A stretch of 32,000 bases of DNA, taken from positions 1,211,343-1,243,342 of the forward strand of contig CP002278.1 in assembly GCA_000166095.1 (NCBI GenBank), given 5' to 3'. Made by a program: the position numbers and the translations under genes. Position 1 is the stretch's first letter; the number at the start of each line of letters is the position of its first letter. Under the pieces are notes generated by a model. The model had not been told where the DNA came from. It searched no databases and worked only from the letters and a program-made list of their open reading frames with translations. This stretch comes from Methanothermus fervidus DSM 2088. GTDB taxonomy: Archaea > Methanobacteriota > Methanobacteria > DSM-2088 > Methanothermaceae. This document shows positions 10,328 to 19,063 of the stretch, one piece after another.

Positions 10328-11063
10328 TTTTTCTTTTATATTTACCTAATATTTTCATTTTTCCTTCTACTTCACATAATTTTACTTTTATTTCTTTCTC
10401 ATTCACCAAATACACATTATAACTATTTGGATTTTTTGCTCTAAGTGATGGAGATGAAACTGTACCTGCAGTTGCAAAAACACAACCTTCTAAATTCCAT
10501 GAATATGGTACATGTCTATGTCCACAAACAACAAGATCCACATCGTATTTAACTAAAGATTCTAGAATATCACCAGCGTCAAGAAGTACATTTCTTTCTC
10601 GTCCTGTTTTTGGAACGGGGATGATATGATGATGCAAGGCTACAATTTTGAATTTATTTTTTGCTTTTTTCAATTCTTTTTCAAGCCATTTTTGCTGTTC
10701 TCTTCCTATCTTTCCACAATCTAAATCAGGTTCACTACTGTCAAGTCCAATAACAACAAACTTTTTATTCTTATTTTTAAGAACACCTGATCTTGGACCA
10801 ATAACTTCTTCAAATACTTCATAACCTACGTGTCTAGCATCATGATTTCCTGGTACAGTTATAGTAGGTATAATCTCTGAAATTTCATCTAAATATTTTT
10901 TTGCTTCTATAAATTCCTGATAATAACCATTGTTTGTTATATCTCCACTTACAATAACTACATCAGGGCGGATGTTTTTAACCTGGTTCAGAGCTTTTTT
11001 TAATAATTTTTCCTTAAATTTGAATTCACCCACATGAAAATCTGAAAGGTGGGCAATTATCAA
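10320..11063 (-). CDS. Calcineurin-like metallophosphoesterase (Icc/CpdA-like)
   Basis: IAHLSDFHVG, VVIVSGDITNNG, VPGNHDARH, ALHHHIIP, VVCGHRHVP. Confidence 0.92.
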   Translation of the reverse strand: MIIAHLSDFHVGEFKFKEKLLKKALNQVKNIRPDVVIVSGDITNNGYYQEFIEAKKYLDEISEIIPTITVPGNHDARHVGYEVFEEVIGPRSGVLKNKNKKFVVIGLDSSEPDLDCGKIGREQQKWLEKELKKAKNKFKIVALHHHIIPVPKTGRERNVLLDAGDILESLVKYDVDLVVCGHRHVPYSWNLEGCVFATAGTVSSPSLRAKNPNSYNVYLVNEKEIKVKLCEVEGKMKILGKYKRKNG

Positions 11064-11405
11064 TTAACTCAGCCTCATAATTGCTTCTGCGATGTCACCA
11101 TTACTTTCTTTTAAGGCTTTTTCAGCCTCATCCCTACTAACTCCTGTTTGTTCCATAACAAGCTTAATATCTTCTTCAGGTATTTTTTCCTCAACTTTTC
11201 TTTCTTCAACTTTACCAGTCACTTGATATGTCTTTTGACCCATTAGATCCATCAAAGTTACACTGGGATTCTTTATAACAAGCTCTTTGTCATTCATTTT
11301 AATAATAACTTCATTAACACCTTTTAATTCTTCCATTTTCATTCCCATTTGCTTCATAACTTTTTGCATACGTCTCAACTGTCTTGGATCCATACCAGGT
11401 ATCAT
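11064..11405 (-). CDS. Archaeal nascent polypeptide-associated complex protein (NAC + UBA domains)
   Basis: MIPGMDPRQLRRMQKVMKQMGMKMEEL...NPSVTLMDLMGQKTYQVTG...DIKLVMEQTGVSRDEAEKALKESNGDIAEAIMRL. Confidence 0.95.
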   Translation of the reverse strand: MIPGMDPRQLRRMQKVMKQMGMKMEELKGVNEVIIKMNDKELVIKNPSVTLMDLMGQKTYQVTGKVEERKVEEKIPEEDIKLVMEQTGVSRDEAEKALKESNGDIAEAIMRLS

Positions 11406-13366
11406 TCACTCCACTCCTTTCTATTTTTTACAGCCACTCCTCTCTCAAACTCCATCATTTCATAGCTAGATAATACAGCTTTACCAAATGCGATTAATTC
11501 ATCATCCTTATTAACAACTAAAACTTCGTCATTTGCTCTTATCTTTTTATCACAATCTATAATAAATTTGGCAAATACATTTCTACCAGCTTTTACGAAT
11601 GGTTCTGCTTCCTCATTAACAACGACTCTATTTAATGGATATTCTCTATTTTCATGTAATTTTTTTGCTCCATCCCAAGTTAGTATTATAAACCCATCTG
11701 GTGGTCGTATAGTAGCTAAAAGAACATCGTCTTCATAAATATACCTTATTCTCCCAGTTTTTCTACTTCTCAACACTCTAATATTTCCATTAAATAAGGC
11801 TTCTCCACTTCCTTCACCAAATTGATAATCAGCCATTAATTTTACTATTTCTAGATCTTCAATTTTTGTTTCTATTTCTATATCATCTCTGTATTTATTT
11901 GATAAACCAAGATCAAATCTTTCATTTACAAGTTCATTGACAAGAACTTCTTCATATTCTTCAAACAAATCCTCAATTTTTTTAATTAAAAATTCTTTCA
12001 TCTCTAAATCATAATTTTTTGGAACTTCGCATTGAGCAAGAGGATATAATTCATCTACGCCTAGAGGAATTATACAAAATGGAACATCCACAACAAAAAA
12101 TTGGGATTCTTCTATAGGTTTACTAGAATTTCCTATACGATAGAATCCTTTAATTTTCTTAGGAATATTTCTATTGTATGGTTTACCATAAGAAGGTAAC
12201 AATATTGCCCTACTCCTTTTTGGTAATTGTTTAATTTTTTTAAAATGACGATATATTTCCACACGTCTTAAACTTTCAGGGCCTAAGTAAAAGAATGCTG
12301 AAGGTTTTGTTACAGGATCATATTTTTCTATAAATTTTTTATATTTAAGAAGTTCTCTATAAGCATCTAAAAGTGTTGGATGAGATCTACATCTTTTTTC
12401 AACAAGTTCCATCAATGATCCATCATATATTGCCTGCCTAACTCTTCTCATCTCACTAAAACTTACATAAAGATTATGTTGAGATATCAATTTATATCTT
12501 TCATCTTTTTCCATTCTCCTCAATTCCTCAGGCGTATATTCTAGACATATTGGACATGTGCATGGCATTTCTTGTAAATCTTGGAGTTTATAAGTTCCAT
12601 GTGGACTTAAAAATCTATCATCTTGTGCATATAACATATAAGCGGCTGAATCAAATAAATCACAGCCCATAGCTACCATCAATGCAAATAACATTGGATG
12701 CCCAGCACCCATAAGATGTATAGGACGAGAACGTGGTAAATGTTGAACTGAAGACATGACTATATTTACTATTGTTCTGTAATCATAAGATTCAAGTAGT
12801 GGAACAACAGCGCCTATTGGATGCACATCAAAAGAATATTTACTTAATTCCTTTGCACAACGGGCTCTAAGGTCAGGATATGTTGATCCTTGTACTACAG
12901 CATTAAGTAGCATATCTTTCCTATAATCTAAAGATTCTATAGCTCTTTTAATTGTTATGTCTAATTCTTCTTCTGCTCTTTTTCTACTAACATATGGTGG
13001 TGTGGGTATATCTAATGAAGTTCCAATATCTGAACCTATTTTTTCTTGGAACTCAATTATTTCTTTATTACTAACATCAATATCTCCATATTTAGAAAGT
13101 TGGAAAGAACCTGAATCAGTCATTACAACTCCATCAAAATCTATTAATTTATGTACACCTTTTTTAATTGCTTCTTCTCTAAGTTCTTCATCTCTGTAGA
13201 TTATATATGCGTTAGTAATGACTATCTCTTTGTTAAATTTTTTTATGTCAAATTCTTGTTTTTTTGGATGAATAACTGGCATTAAGGTAGGGGTTTGAAC
13301 TTTTTTATTTTTCACTGTAAATATGCCAATTCTTCCAAGTCCATCTTTTCTCTTTATTTCAAACAT
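11402..13366 (-). CDS. tgtA: Archaeosine tRNA-ribosyltransferase (archaeal tRNA-guanine(15) transglycosylase, with PUA domain)
   Basis: PTLMPVIHPKKQEF, VMTDSGSFQL, HLMGAGHP, Zn-binding CTCPIC, C-terminal PUA-like region; 654 aa. Confidence 0.95.
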   Translation of the reverse strand: MFEIKRKDGLGRIGIFTVKNKKVQTPTLMPVIHPKKQEFDIKKFNKEIVITNAYIIYRDEELREEAIKKGVHKLIDFDGVVMTDSGSFQLSKYGDIDVSNKEIIEFQEKIGSDIGTSLDIPTPPYVSRKRAEEELDITIKRAIESLDYRKDMLLNAVVQGSTYPDLRARCAKELSKYSFDVHPIGAVVPLLESYDYRTIVNIVMSSVQHLPRSRPIHLMGAGHPMLFALMVAMGCDLFDSAAYMLYAQDDRFLSPHGTYKLQDLQEMPCTCPICLEYTPEELRRMEKDERYKLISQHNLYVSFSEMRRVRQAIYDGSLMELVEKRCRSHPTLLDAYRELLKYKKFIEKYDPVTKPSAFFYLGPESLRRVEIYRHFKKIKQLPKRSRAILLPSYGKPYNRNIPKKIKGFYRIGNSSKPIEESQFFVVDVPFCIIPLGVDELYPLAQCEVPKNYDLEMKEFLIKKIEDLFEEYEEVLVNELVNERFDLGLSNKYRDDIEIETKIEDLEIVKLMADYQFGEGSGEALFNGNIRVLRSRKTGRIRYIYEDDVLLATIRPPDGFIILTWDGAKKLHENREYPLNRVVVNEEAEPFVKAGRNVFAKFIIDCDKKIRANDEVLVVNKDDELIAFGKAVLSSYEMMEFERGVAVKNRKEWSE

Positions 13367-13377
13367 ATAAATGTCAC

Positions 13378-14511
13378 CTATTGAATGGTTTCTTTAATTT
13401 TTTTCAAGCGCTTACGCATCATCAATATTCTTTCCCTAGAATTCTTTGGACGTGGTTCATTACAACCACAGATACATTTATCAAACTGTGGACATACAAT
13501 ATACTTGGCCTCATAACTATTTATCTCAATCCCAAATTTCTGTGCATTTTTAATAGCCCTTGTATTTGCCTCAGCTTTCCCTAAATACAATGGAGTTCTA
13601 GCTGAGGAGGATAAATATTCCTTATGTCTTGCCTTCTTTCTTTCAATTTTTCTTCTCTTTAAAATTTTTTCTGCAGGATCATTTAAATTTGGATCTCTAA
13701 ATGGTATTCCCACATCACTTAAGGCTATCATTCTTTCATCATCAACATTAAGTTGTTTTTTTATGAGGGAAGGATTTGGGGATGCTATAGTCCCTCCACG
13801 TTTTCTACCAAATATAGGACCTTCCCCTATATAAAATCCCACTTCAATCATCCCAGATCTTACTGGAGCAGCAGATGTATAAGTTGTTAAAATACTATTT
13901 TTATTCATAACCCTAATAACTTCATTGAAAAATTCAACAGTGTATAATTCTGGAGATCTTAAAGGACTATAAGCATCTAAAAATACCACATCATAATAAT
14001 CAGATTTTAAATTTTTTATAACATCTCTTGCATCATTACAGAATACATTAATTTTTATGTTTTTTCTCTTGTCTTTTGTTTTGTTGTCAATTTTTTTCAA
14101 TACTCCCTCTTCATAAAGTTTCTTTTTATATACAGTTTTAATAAGCTTGTGAGAATCTATGGGACTTGGTATTAACGTTGCTAACAATAATACTTCTTTT
14201 GATATTTCAATCATGTCTATTTTTAAATTATTTTTCTTTTTATGAATTAATGCAGCAGAATTATAACCCAATCCTGAACATATGTCCAAAACTTTGAGTT
14301 TTTCTTTTTTTAATACTTCAATAGGTTTAACAAATTTTTCAAATGATTCTGTAATTGCACCATGGATTGTATGCATCGTTTCATTAAAATTAGATTTAAC
14401 TGTATATGAACCATCTTTAGTCTTAATTAAATATTTCATTAATTTACCTTTGACGTTGTAACCTTCTAGATACTTCTTCAGTAATTTGGAGACTCTACTG
14501 TCTAATTTCAT
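13378..14511 (-). CDS. MnmC-like SAM-dependent methyltransferase with C-terminal Cys cluster
   Basis: LKVLDICSGLGYNSAAL, DVVFLDAYSPLRSPELYTVEFFNEV, TYTSAAPVRSGMIEVGFYIGEGPIFGRKRGGTIASP; C-terminus CPQFDKCICGCNEP. Confidence 0.8.
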   Translation of the reverse strand: MKLDSRVSKLLKKYLEGYNVKGKLMKYLIKTKDGSYTVKSNFNETMHTIHGAITESFEKFVKPIEVLKKEKLKVLDICSGLGYNSAALIHKKKNNLKIDMIEISKEVLLLATLIPSPIDSHKLIKTVYKKKLYEEGVLKKIDNKTKDKRKNIKINVFCNDARDVIKNLKSDYYDVVFLDAYSPLRSPELYTVEFFNEVIRVMNKNSILTTYTSAAPVRSGMIEVGFYIGEGPIFGRKRGGTIASPNPSLIKKQLNVDDERMIALSDVGIPFRDPNLNDPAEKILKRRKIERKKARHKEYLSSSARTPLYLGKAEANTRAIKNAQKFGIEINSYEAKYIVCPQFDKCICGCNEPRPKNSRERILMMRKRLKKIKETIQ

Positions 14512-14546
14512 ATTTGTACCATAATTTTGTTAAAATTAGAGATTAA

Positions 14547-14596
14547 TCAGTATTTCTTTTTCATCATCAAAATTCAGATAGCGAAATGTTCATCAT
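14547..14596 (-). ncRNA. Candidate C/D-box guide sRNA
   Basis: Minus strand: C box ATGATGA, 12-nt ACATTTCGCTAT, D' box CTGA, short spacer, C' (TTGATGA or overlapping ATGATGA), 10-13 nt, D box CTGA. Intergenic; A/T-rich TATA-like AAATATTATT upstream at about 14625-14634. Confidence 0.6.
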
Positions 14597-14605
14597 GCTA
14601 TTATA

Positions 14606-14615
14606 GTTTATATTA
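14606..14615 (+). promoter_or_regulatory. Candidate TATA element (GTTTATATTA) for the radical SAM gene
   Basis: TATA-like sequence about 50 nt upstream of the GTG at 14662, in the divergent intergenic region. Confidence 0.35.
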
Positions 14616-14661
14616 GTGAATTAATAATATTTTTTCAAATAAAACTTTTTTGGGGATTATA

Positions 14662-15357
14662 GTGATAATTTCTCATTTTTCAGTAAGTGACAAGATAACA
14701 ATTTTAGTTGCTAGATGTAATTTTAAATGTAAATATTGTTTTTTCAAACCTTTTAGAGAGATAGATATAGATGTAGAAAAATTAATAAAAATCACTAAAA
14801 AATTAAGAAAGCAATTTAAATTAAATAAAATCATGATTGCAGGTGGAGAACCTACTTTGGAAAAGGACCTGCCTGAATTTGTAAAATTATTAAAAGAGAA
14901 TAATTTTTATGTTATAATTTCAACTAACGGATATTATTTATGTGAAATGTTGCATAAACTAGAGGCAGATGAAATTCATATTGATTTAAAAGCATTGGAT
15001 AACAAGATTCATAAAAAGTTAACAGGCTCATCAAACAAAAAAATTTTGAAATGCATTGAATACATAGGACTAAGAAAAAATAGGCTACCTTTTAGAGTAG
15101 AAGTATGTACTGTGTATATTCCTGGAATTGTTGAAATCAATGAAATAAGAAATATAGCTAAATTTCTTAGTAAGTGGGATTTACACTATAGGATAACTGG
15201 TCATGTGCCAGTTACTTTAAATGTTCGTAGGCCTACTAGAGATGAATTATTATTTGCTAAAAAGGAAGCTTGTAAATACCTATCTAATGTTACGTCTTCA
15301 CTAGATTTTAAAAGACATAAACCTTCACAAATCAAGATTAATCCTGAGGAGTTGTGA
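14662..15357 (+). CDS. Radical SAM protein (PFL-activating-enzyme-like)
   Basis: CNFKCKYCF (CX3CX2C) plus AGGEPTLEKDLPEF; GTG start preceded by GGGGAT. Confidence 0.88.
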   Translation: MIISHFSVSDKITILVARCNFKCKYCFFKPFREIDIDVEKLIKITKKLRKQFKLNKIMIAGGEPTLEKDLPEFVKLLKENNFYVIISTNGYYLCEMLHKLEADEIHIDLKALDNKIHKKLTGSSNKKILKCIEYIGLRKNRLPFRVEVCTVYIPGIVEINEIRNIAKFLSKWDLHYRITGHVPVTLNVRRPTRDELLFAKKEACKYLSNVTSSLDFKRHKPSQIKINPEEL

Positions 15358-15628
15358 CTCTTTCAATAATTCTTTTACCTGCCACTACTTCGTCTACACT
15401 TTGAATTGATGCACCATATTCACTTATTGCATTTGTTATTTTTTTGTAGTTTAAATCATTTCCCTGTATTGTTACTTTTATTGTTTCTGTGTCTTTATCA
15501 ACTTCCATAAGGCTTATATTTACGCCTTCTACTCCTTCAACCTTACTGAGATGTTTTGCAAAAACAGGAAGGGCTGGTTCATGGGGCTTAAGAACATCTA
15601 AAACTATCCGTATTAGACCTTTACTCAC
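15338..15628 (-). CDS. DUF211 family protein
   Basis: KGLIRIVLDVLKPHEPALPVFAKHLSKVEGVEGVNISLMEVDKDTETIKVTIQG; GGGAGGT upstream of the GTG at 15628 favours this start over 15646. Confidence 0.88.
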   Translation of the reverse strand: MSKGLIRIVLDVLKPHEPALPVFAKHLSKVEGVEGVNISLMEVDKDTETIKVTIQGNDLNYKKITNAISEYGASIQSVDEVVAGKRIIERVTTPQD

Positions 15629-15760
15629 TTTCGGATTACCTCCCATAGAAGATTCTTTTTGGATATTATACTTTGTAACTATTGTCTATTATCGTTTTCC
15701 AATATATAAATATTTTTTGTTTTTAGATTTGTTAGTGAGGAAATTTATGATCTCAAAAAT

Positions 15761-16516
15761 TCAATTAATGAATTTTACATATTTAAGAAGATCAATTGCA
15801 TTTTTAACCTCAGATTCTAAATTTAAAGATAGATATGCTTTTTTACCCAATGAAAAACTTGAGGATAATATCATTTGTTTTTTGCCAATTAATTCAACCC
15901 CATTGACTGGTGTATGACCTACAACCATTGCATTACATCCAACTTTCTCTAGAAATCTATCTATATCAGAAAGTGAGTAATCACCATATCTATTCCAAAT
16001 TAATTCATATAAGATGGGATCATCATAATCTTTAACTTTCATAATATCTTCAATACTTTCTATATATCTAGAAGGACCTGCATGGGAAATAAATACTTTG
16101 TTAGAGGTCCTAACAGCTAAATGAAATTTCTTAAAAAATGTTTTAAACTCATCTAATATTTCTTTCCATCCATCTCCAAATTTACTTTTCAATAATCTTT
16201 CAAACATTATTGTGAGATTTATACCACCTTTGTAGATGGGAATTCCTGTAATCACAGACCATTCATGATTACCAAGTAGAAGATATATATTTTTTTCGCT
16301 CTTAAGTAAGTCTCGAACTTTGTATATAATTTCGACAGATCCATCTTCCTTTAAATCCATTGCATGGATTAGATCACCTGTAAATACAAAATATTCGTGC
16401 TCACCACTTTCCCAAATTTTAATATATTTATTAAAATCTTTTAAATTTCCATGAATATCAGTAACTACTAAAAGCTTACCATTATTTGATAATTCAATTA
16501 GAGGATCTTTCATCAA
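15761..16516 (-). CDS. Calcineurin-like / PPP-type metallophosphatase
   Basis: LLVVTDIHGNLKDF, YFVFTGDLIHAMD, YLLLGNHEW, VFISHAGPSR, AMVVGHTPV. Confidence 0.85.
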   Translation of the reverse strand: MMKDPLIELSNNGKLLVVTDIHGNLKDFNKYIKIWESGEHEYFVFTGDLIHAMDLKEDGSVEIIYKVRDLLKSEKNIYLLLGNHEWSVITGIPIYKGGINLTIMFERLLKSKFGDGWKEILDEFKTFFKKFHLAVRTSNKVFISHAGPSRYIESIEDIMKVKDYDDPILYELIWNRYGDYSLSDIDRFLEKVGCNAMVVGHTPVNGVELIGKKQMILSSSFSLGKKAYLSLNLESEVKNAIDLLKYVKFIN

Positions 16517-16901
16517 TACACCTTACTTCAGTTTTTGAAATTTCATCTAAAATTCTTATTGATTTTGATTTAACAATCCAAGCAATAATAACGTCAAAAA
16601 TTACTGGAAACCACAAAATCTTTGAAATGTTTCGCAACAATGTTTGTTTGTAAGTTAAATCTTTTTCTTTAGATACAACCTCTAAATTTTGTAAATTTTT
16701 TCCAATAGTTTTGCCAAAATTTTTTTCAAAATATGTAAAGTATGCTAGCGTTATCGCTATCAATACTACAATCCAATAGTTATATATGGGATAAAGTTTG
16801 GATGCTACAATCAATGGGTAAAATATTAGAGCTAGTAGCCATACTATTATTGTAACAAATACTGCATCAATTACAAATGCAATAAATCTTTTTTTATACA
16901 T
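16494..16901 (-). CDS. RDD-family membrane protein
   Basis: KKRFIAFVIDAVFVTIIVWLLA...FGKTIGKNLQNLEVVSK...LLRNISKILWFPVIFDVIIAW. Confidence 0.75.
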   Translation of the reverse strand: MYKKRFIAFVIDAVFVTIIVWLLALIFYPLIVASKLYPIYNYWIVVLIAITLAYFTYFEKNFGKTIGKNLQNLEVVSKEKDLTYKQTLLRNISKILWFPVIFDVIIAWIVKSKSIRILDEISKTEVRCIDERSSN

Positions 16902-16910
16902 TTTTGAACC

Positions 16911-17924
16911 TCAACAAACTCTTGGTACTGGATCAGCAACAGGAGTTTCCAATATTCTTTTTCCACCCACAGAAGTCTTAAGTATTACATGTTTGTCGTC
17001 TGTTACTTCTCCTATTATTTCAGCGTCCTTACCATGTTTTGTTTTTTTCACAGCTTCCAAAACATCCTCTGCTAAATCTGATTCAACTCCTATAATTACT
17101 TTTCCTTCATTTGCTACTTCATATGGATCTATACCTAACATTTCTGAGGCTGCAACAACTTCTTCTTTTATAGGTATTTTGTTTTCATATATTAACATTC
17201 CAACTCCAGATTTGGATGCCATTTCATTCAATGCATTAGCTAATCCACCACGAGTTGGATCTTTCATGGCTTTGACTCCACCAACATTTAAAGCAGCTTC
17301 AACCACATCCCATACAGGTGCTACATCAGATTTTAAATTTGTTTCAAATCCAAATCCTTCACGATGAGCCATTATTGCCATGCCATGATCGCCAACAGTT
17401 CCACTTAATATAATCTTATCCCCTACTTCTAATCCAGAATCTGGTTTTATTTCACCATTTTTTGCAATTCCGATGCCGGTTGTCGTTATTATTATATCAT
17501 CAAATTTATTTTTCTCAATAACTTTAGTGTCTCCTGTGATTATTGAAATTCCTACTTCCTTACAAGTTTTATTCATTGATTTTATTATTCTCTTAAGGTC
17601 TTTTTTTGGAAATCCTTCAGATATAACTAGAGCACTAGCTATGGCAAGAGGTCTTGCACCCATCACAGCAAGATCATTCACAGTACCTGAAACAGCTAAT
17701 TTACCTATATCACCACCTGGAAAAAATATTGGATCTATTGTATGGCTGTCAGTAGTTACAACTATCTCACTTTTTCCTAATGGAATAGTGGCACCATCAT
17801 CTAACTCATCGAGCCCTATACCGCCATTAACATTTTTATTTTCTAAATTAGATAGTATTATCTCAGATATCATTTTTTGCATCATTTCTCCGCCTGCGCC
17901 CTCTGATAATTTTATTTTTTCCAT
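16911..17924 (-). CDS. hypE: Hydrogenase maturation protein HypE
   Basis: MEKIKLSEGAGGEMMQKMISEII...DDGATIPLG...TTDSHTIDPIFFPGGDIGKLAVSGTVNDLAVMGA; C-terminal PVPRVC (cyanation Cys). Confidence 0.96.
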   Translation of the reverse strand: MEKIKLSEGAGGEMMQKMISEIILSNLENKNVNGGIGLDELDDGATIPLGKSEIVVTTDSHTIDPIFFPGGDIGKLAVSGTVNDLAVMGARPLAIASALVISEGFPKKDLKRIIKSMNKTCKEVGISIITGDTKVIEKNKFDDIIITTTGIGIAKNGEIKPDSGLEVGDKIILSGTVGDHGMAIMAHREGFGFETNLKSDVAPVWDVVEAALNVGGVKAMKDPTRGGLANALNEMASKSGVGMLIYENKIPIKEEVVAASEMLGIDPYEVANEGKVIIGVESDLAEDVLEAVKKTKHGKDAEIIGEVTDDKHVILKTSVGGKRILETPVADPVPRVC

Positions 17925-17938
17925 TTTACATCACCATT

Positions 17939-18502
17939 TTATTGTAAATAACCTGTTATTATGGAAATTGGATTATTAGCTAACATCATGGTTCCCCTAT
18001 CTAAAATACGACCTTTGGAAATATTAACTTCGATTATCTCTGTTTTAAAGCCTAAATTTTGTAAGGTGTGCACAGCTTCAACTTTAGTCTCCAAAAGAAT
18101 CGCAGTTATAACTATCCTACCATTTTCTGTAAGTTTTTTACTGCCAATATTCAAAATTTCCTGTAATTTACCTCCACTTCCGCCTACTATCATTACATCA
18201 AAATTTTTTAAATTTTTTAAGACTTCTGTTGCTTCACCATGTATTATGTTTACTCTATCTAATAAACCTTGTTTTTTGAGGTTTTTACGAGTTAGATTTA
18301 TAGCTTTAATATTTTTGTCTATGGCATCAATTCTACCAGCCTTTTTTGCTAATTCTATGGTTATGGCCCCAGTACCACATCCAACTTCCACAACATAATC
18401 ATTTTTCTTAATTCGCGCCTTACATAAAACCAAACATCTAATTTCTTCTTTTGTTGGGCCTGGTACATCCTTACTCTTCAGTATCTCTTCATCACTTATC
18501 AA
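17939..18502 (-). CDS. cbiT: CbiT-like precorrin-6B/cobalt-precorrin C15 methyltransferase
   Basis: [39 protein letters not shown]. Confidence 0.88.
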   Translation of the reverse strand: MISDEEILKSKDVPGPTKEEIRCLVLCKARIKKNDYVVEVGCGTGAITIELAKKAGRIDAIDKNIKAINLTRKNLKKQGLLDRVNIIHGEATEVLKNLKNFDVMIVGGSGGKLQEILNIGSKKLTENGRIVITAILLETKVEAVHTLQNLGFKTEIIEVNISKGRILDRGTMMLANNPISIITGYLQ

Positions 18503-19058
18503 GCATTACACCTTCCCAACGTTTAAACAAATCATGTTTTATTTCCAAAATATCTAAAATTTTCCCAACAATGAAATTGATAAGCTCATCAATGGTTTTT
18601 GGATTATGATAAAATGCTGGGGCTGCTGGAAGAATTATACCTCCTTCCTTACAAATTTTTAACATATTCTCAAGATGAACAAGTCGTAATGGTGTTTCAC
18701 GAGGTACAAGAATTAGTTTACGCTTTTCTTTCAATGCTACGTCTGCGGCCCGTGTTAATGCATTGTCTGTATATCCATGTGCAATGGCTGATAAAGTTTT
18801 CATTGTACATGGGATTATTACCATTGATTCAAATAAAAAAGATCCACTGTTTATTGGAGCTGTTAAATCTCTATATTCAAAATAATAATCACTTTTTTCT
18901 TTTAAATCATTTACAGACAATCCAAGTTCATATTTCAAAATTTTTTCTCCTATTTCACTTACTATTAAACCTGTTTCTTTACCAACCTTATTAAGCACTT
19001 CTAAAAGTTTTACAGCATATATGACCCCACTGGCACCTGTAATACCTACAATTATCAT
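18492..19058 (-). CDS. ubiX: Flavin prenyltransferase UbiX
   Basis: [32 protein letters not shown]-type motif ([18 protein letters not shown]). Confidence 0.93.
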   Translation of the reverse strand: MIIVGITGASGVIYAVKLLEVLNKVGKETGLIVSEIGEKILKYELGLSVNDLKEKSDYYFEYRDLTAPINSGSFLFESMVIIPCTMKTLSAIAHGYTDNALTRAADVALKEKRKLILVPRETPLRLVHLENMLKICKEGGIILPAAPAFYHNPKTIDELINFIVGKILDILEIKHDLFKRWEGVMLDK

Positions 19059-19063
19059 TCAAA

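Noticed and set aside
14547-14559. Second (D-box) guide of the candidate sRNA as an rRNA guide
   Set aside because: TGAAAAAGAAATA is too low in complexity to name a target; only the D' guide gave a credible match.
15489-15917. 142-aa plus-strand ORF
   Set aside because: Antisense to DUF211 and the PPP phosphatase gene; translation has no recognisable family and reflects the complementary frame.
16993-18398. Long plus-strand ORFs (124, 168, 145 aa) opposite hypE and cbiT
   Set aside because: Antisense shadows of well-supported genes.
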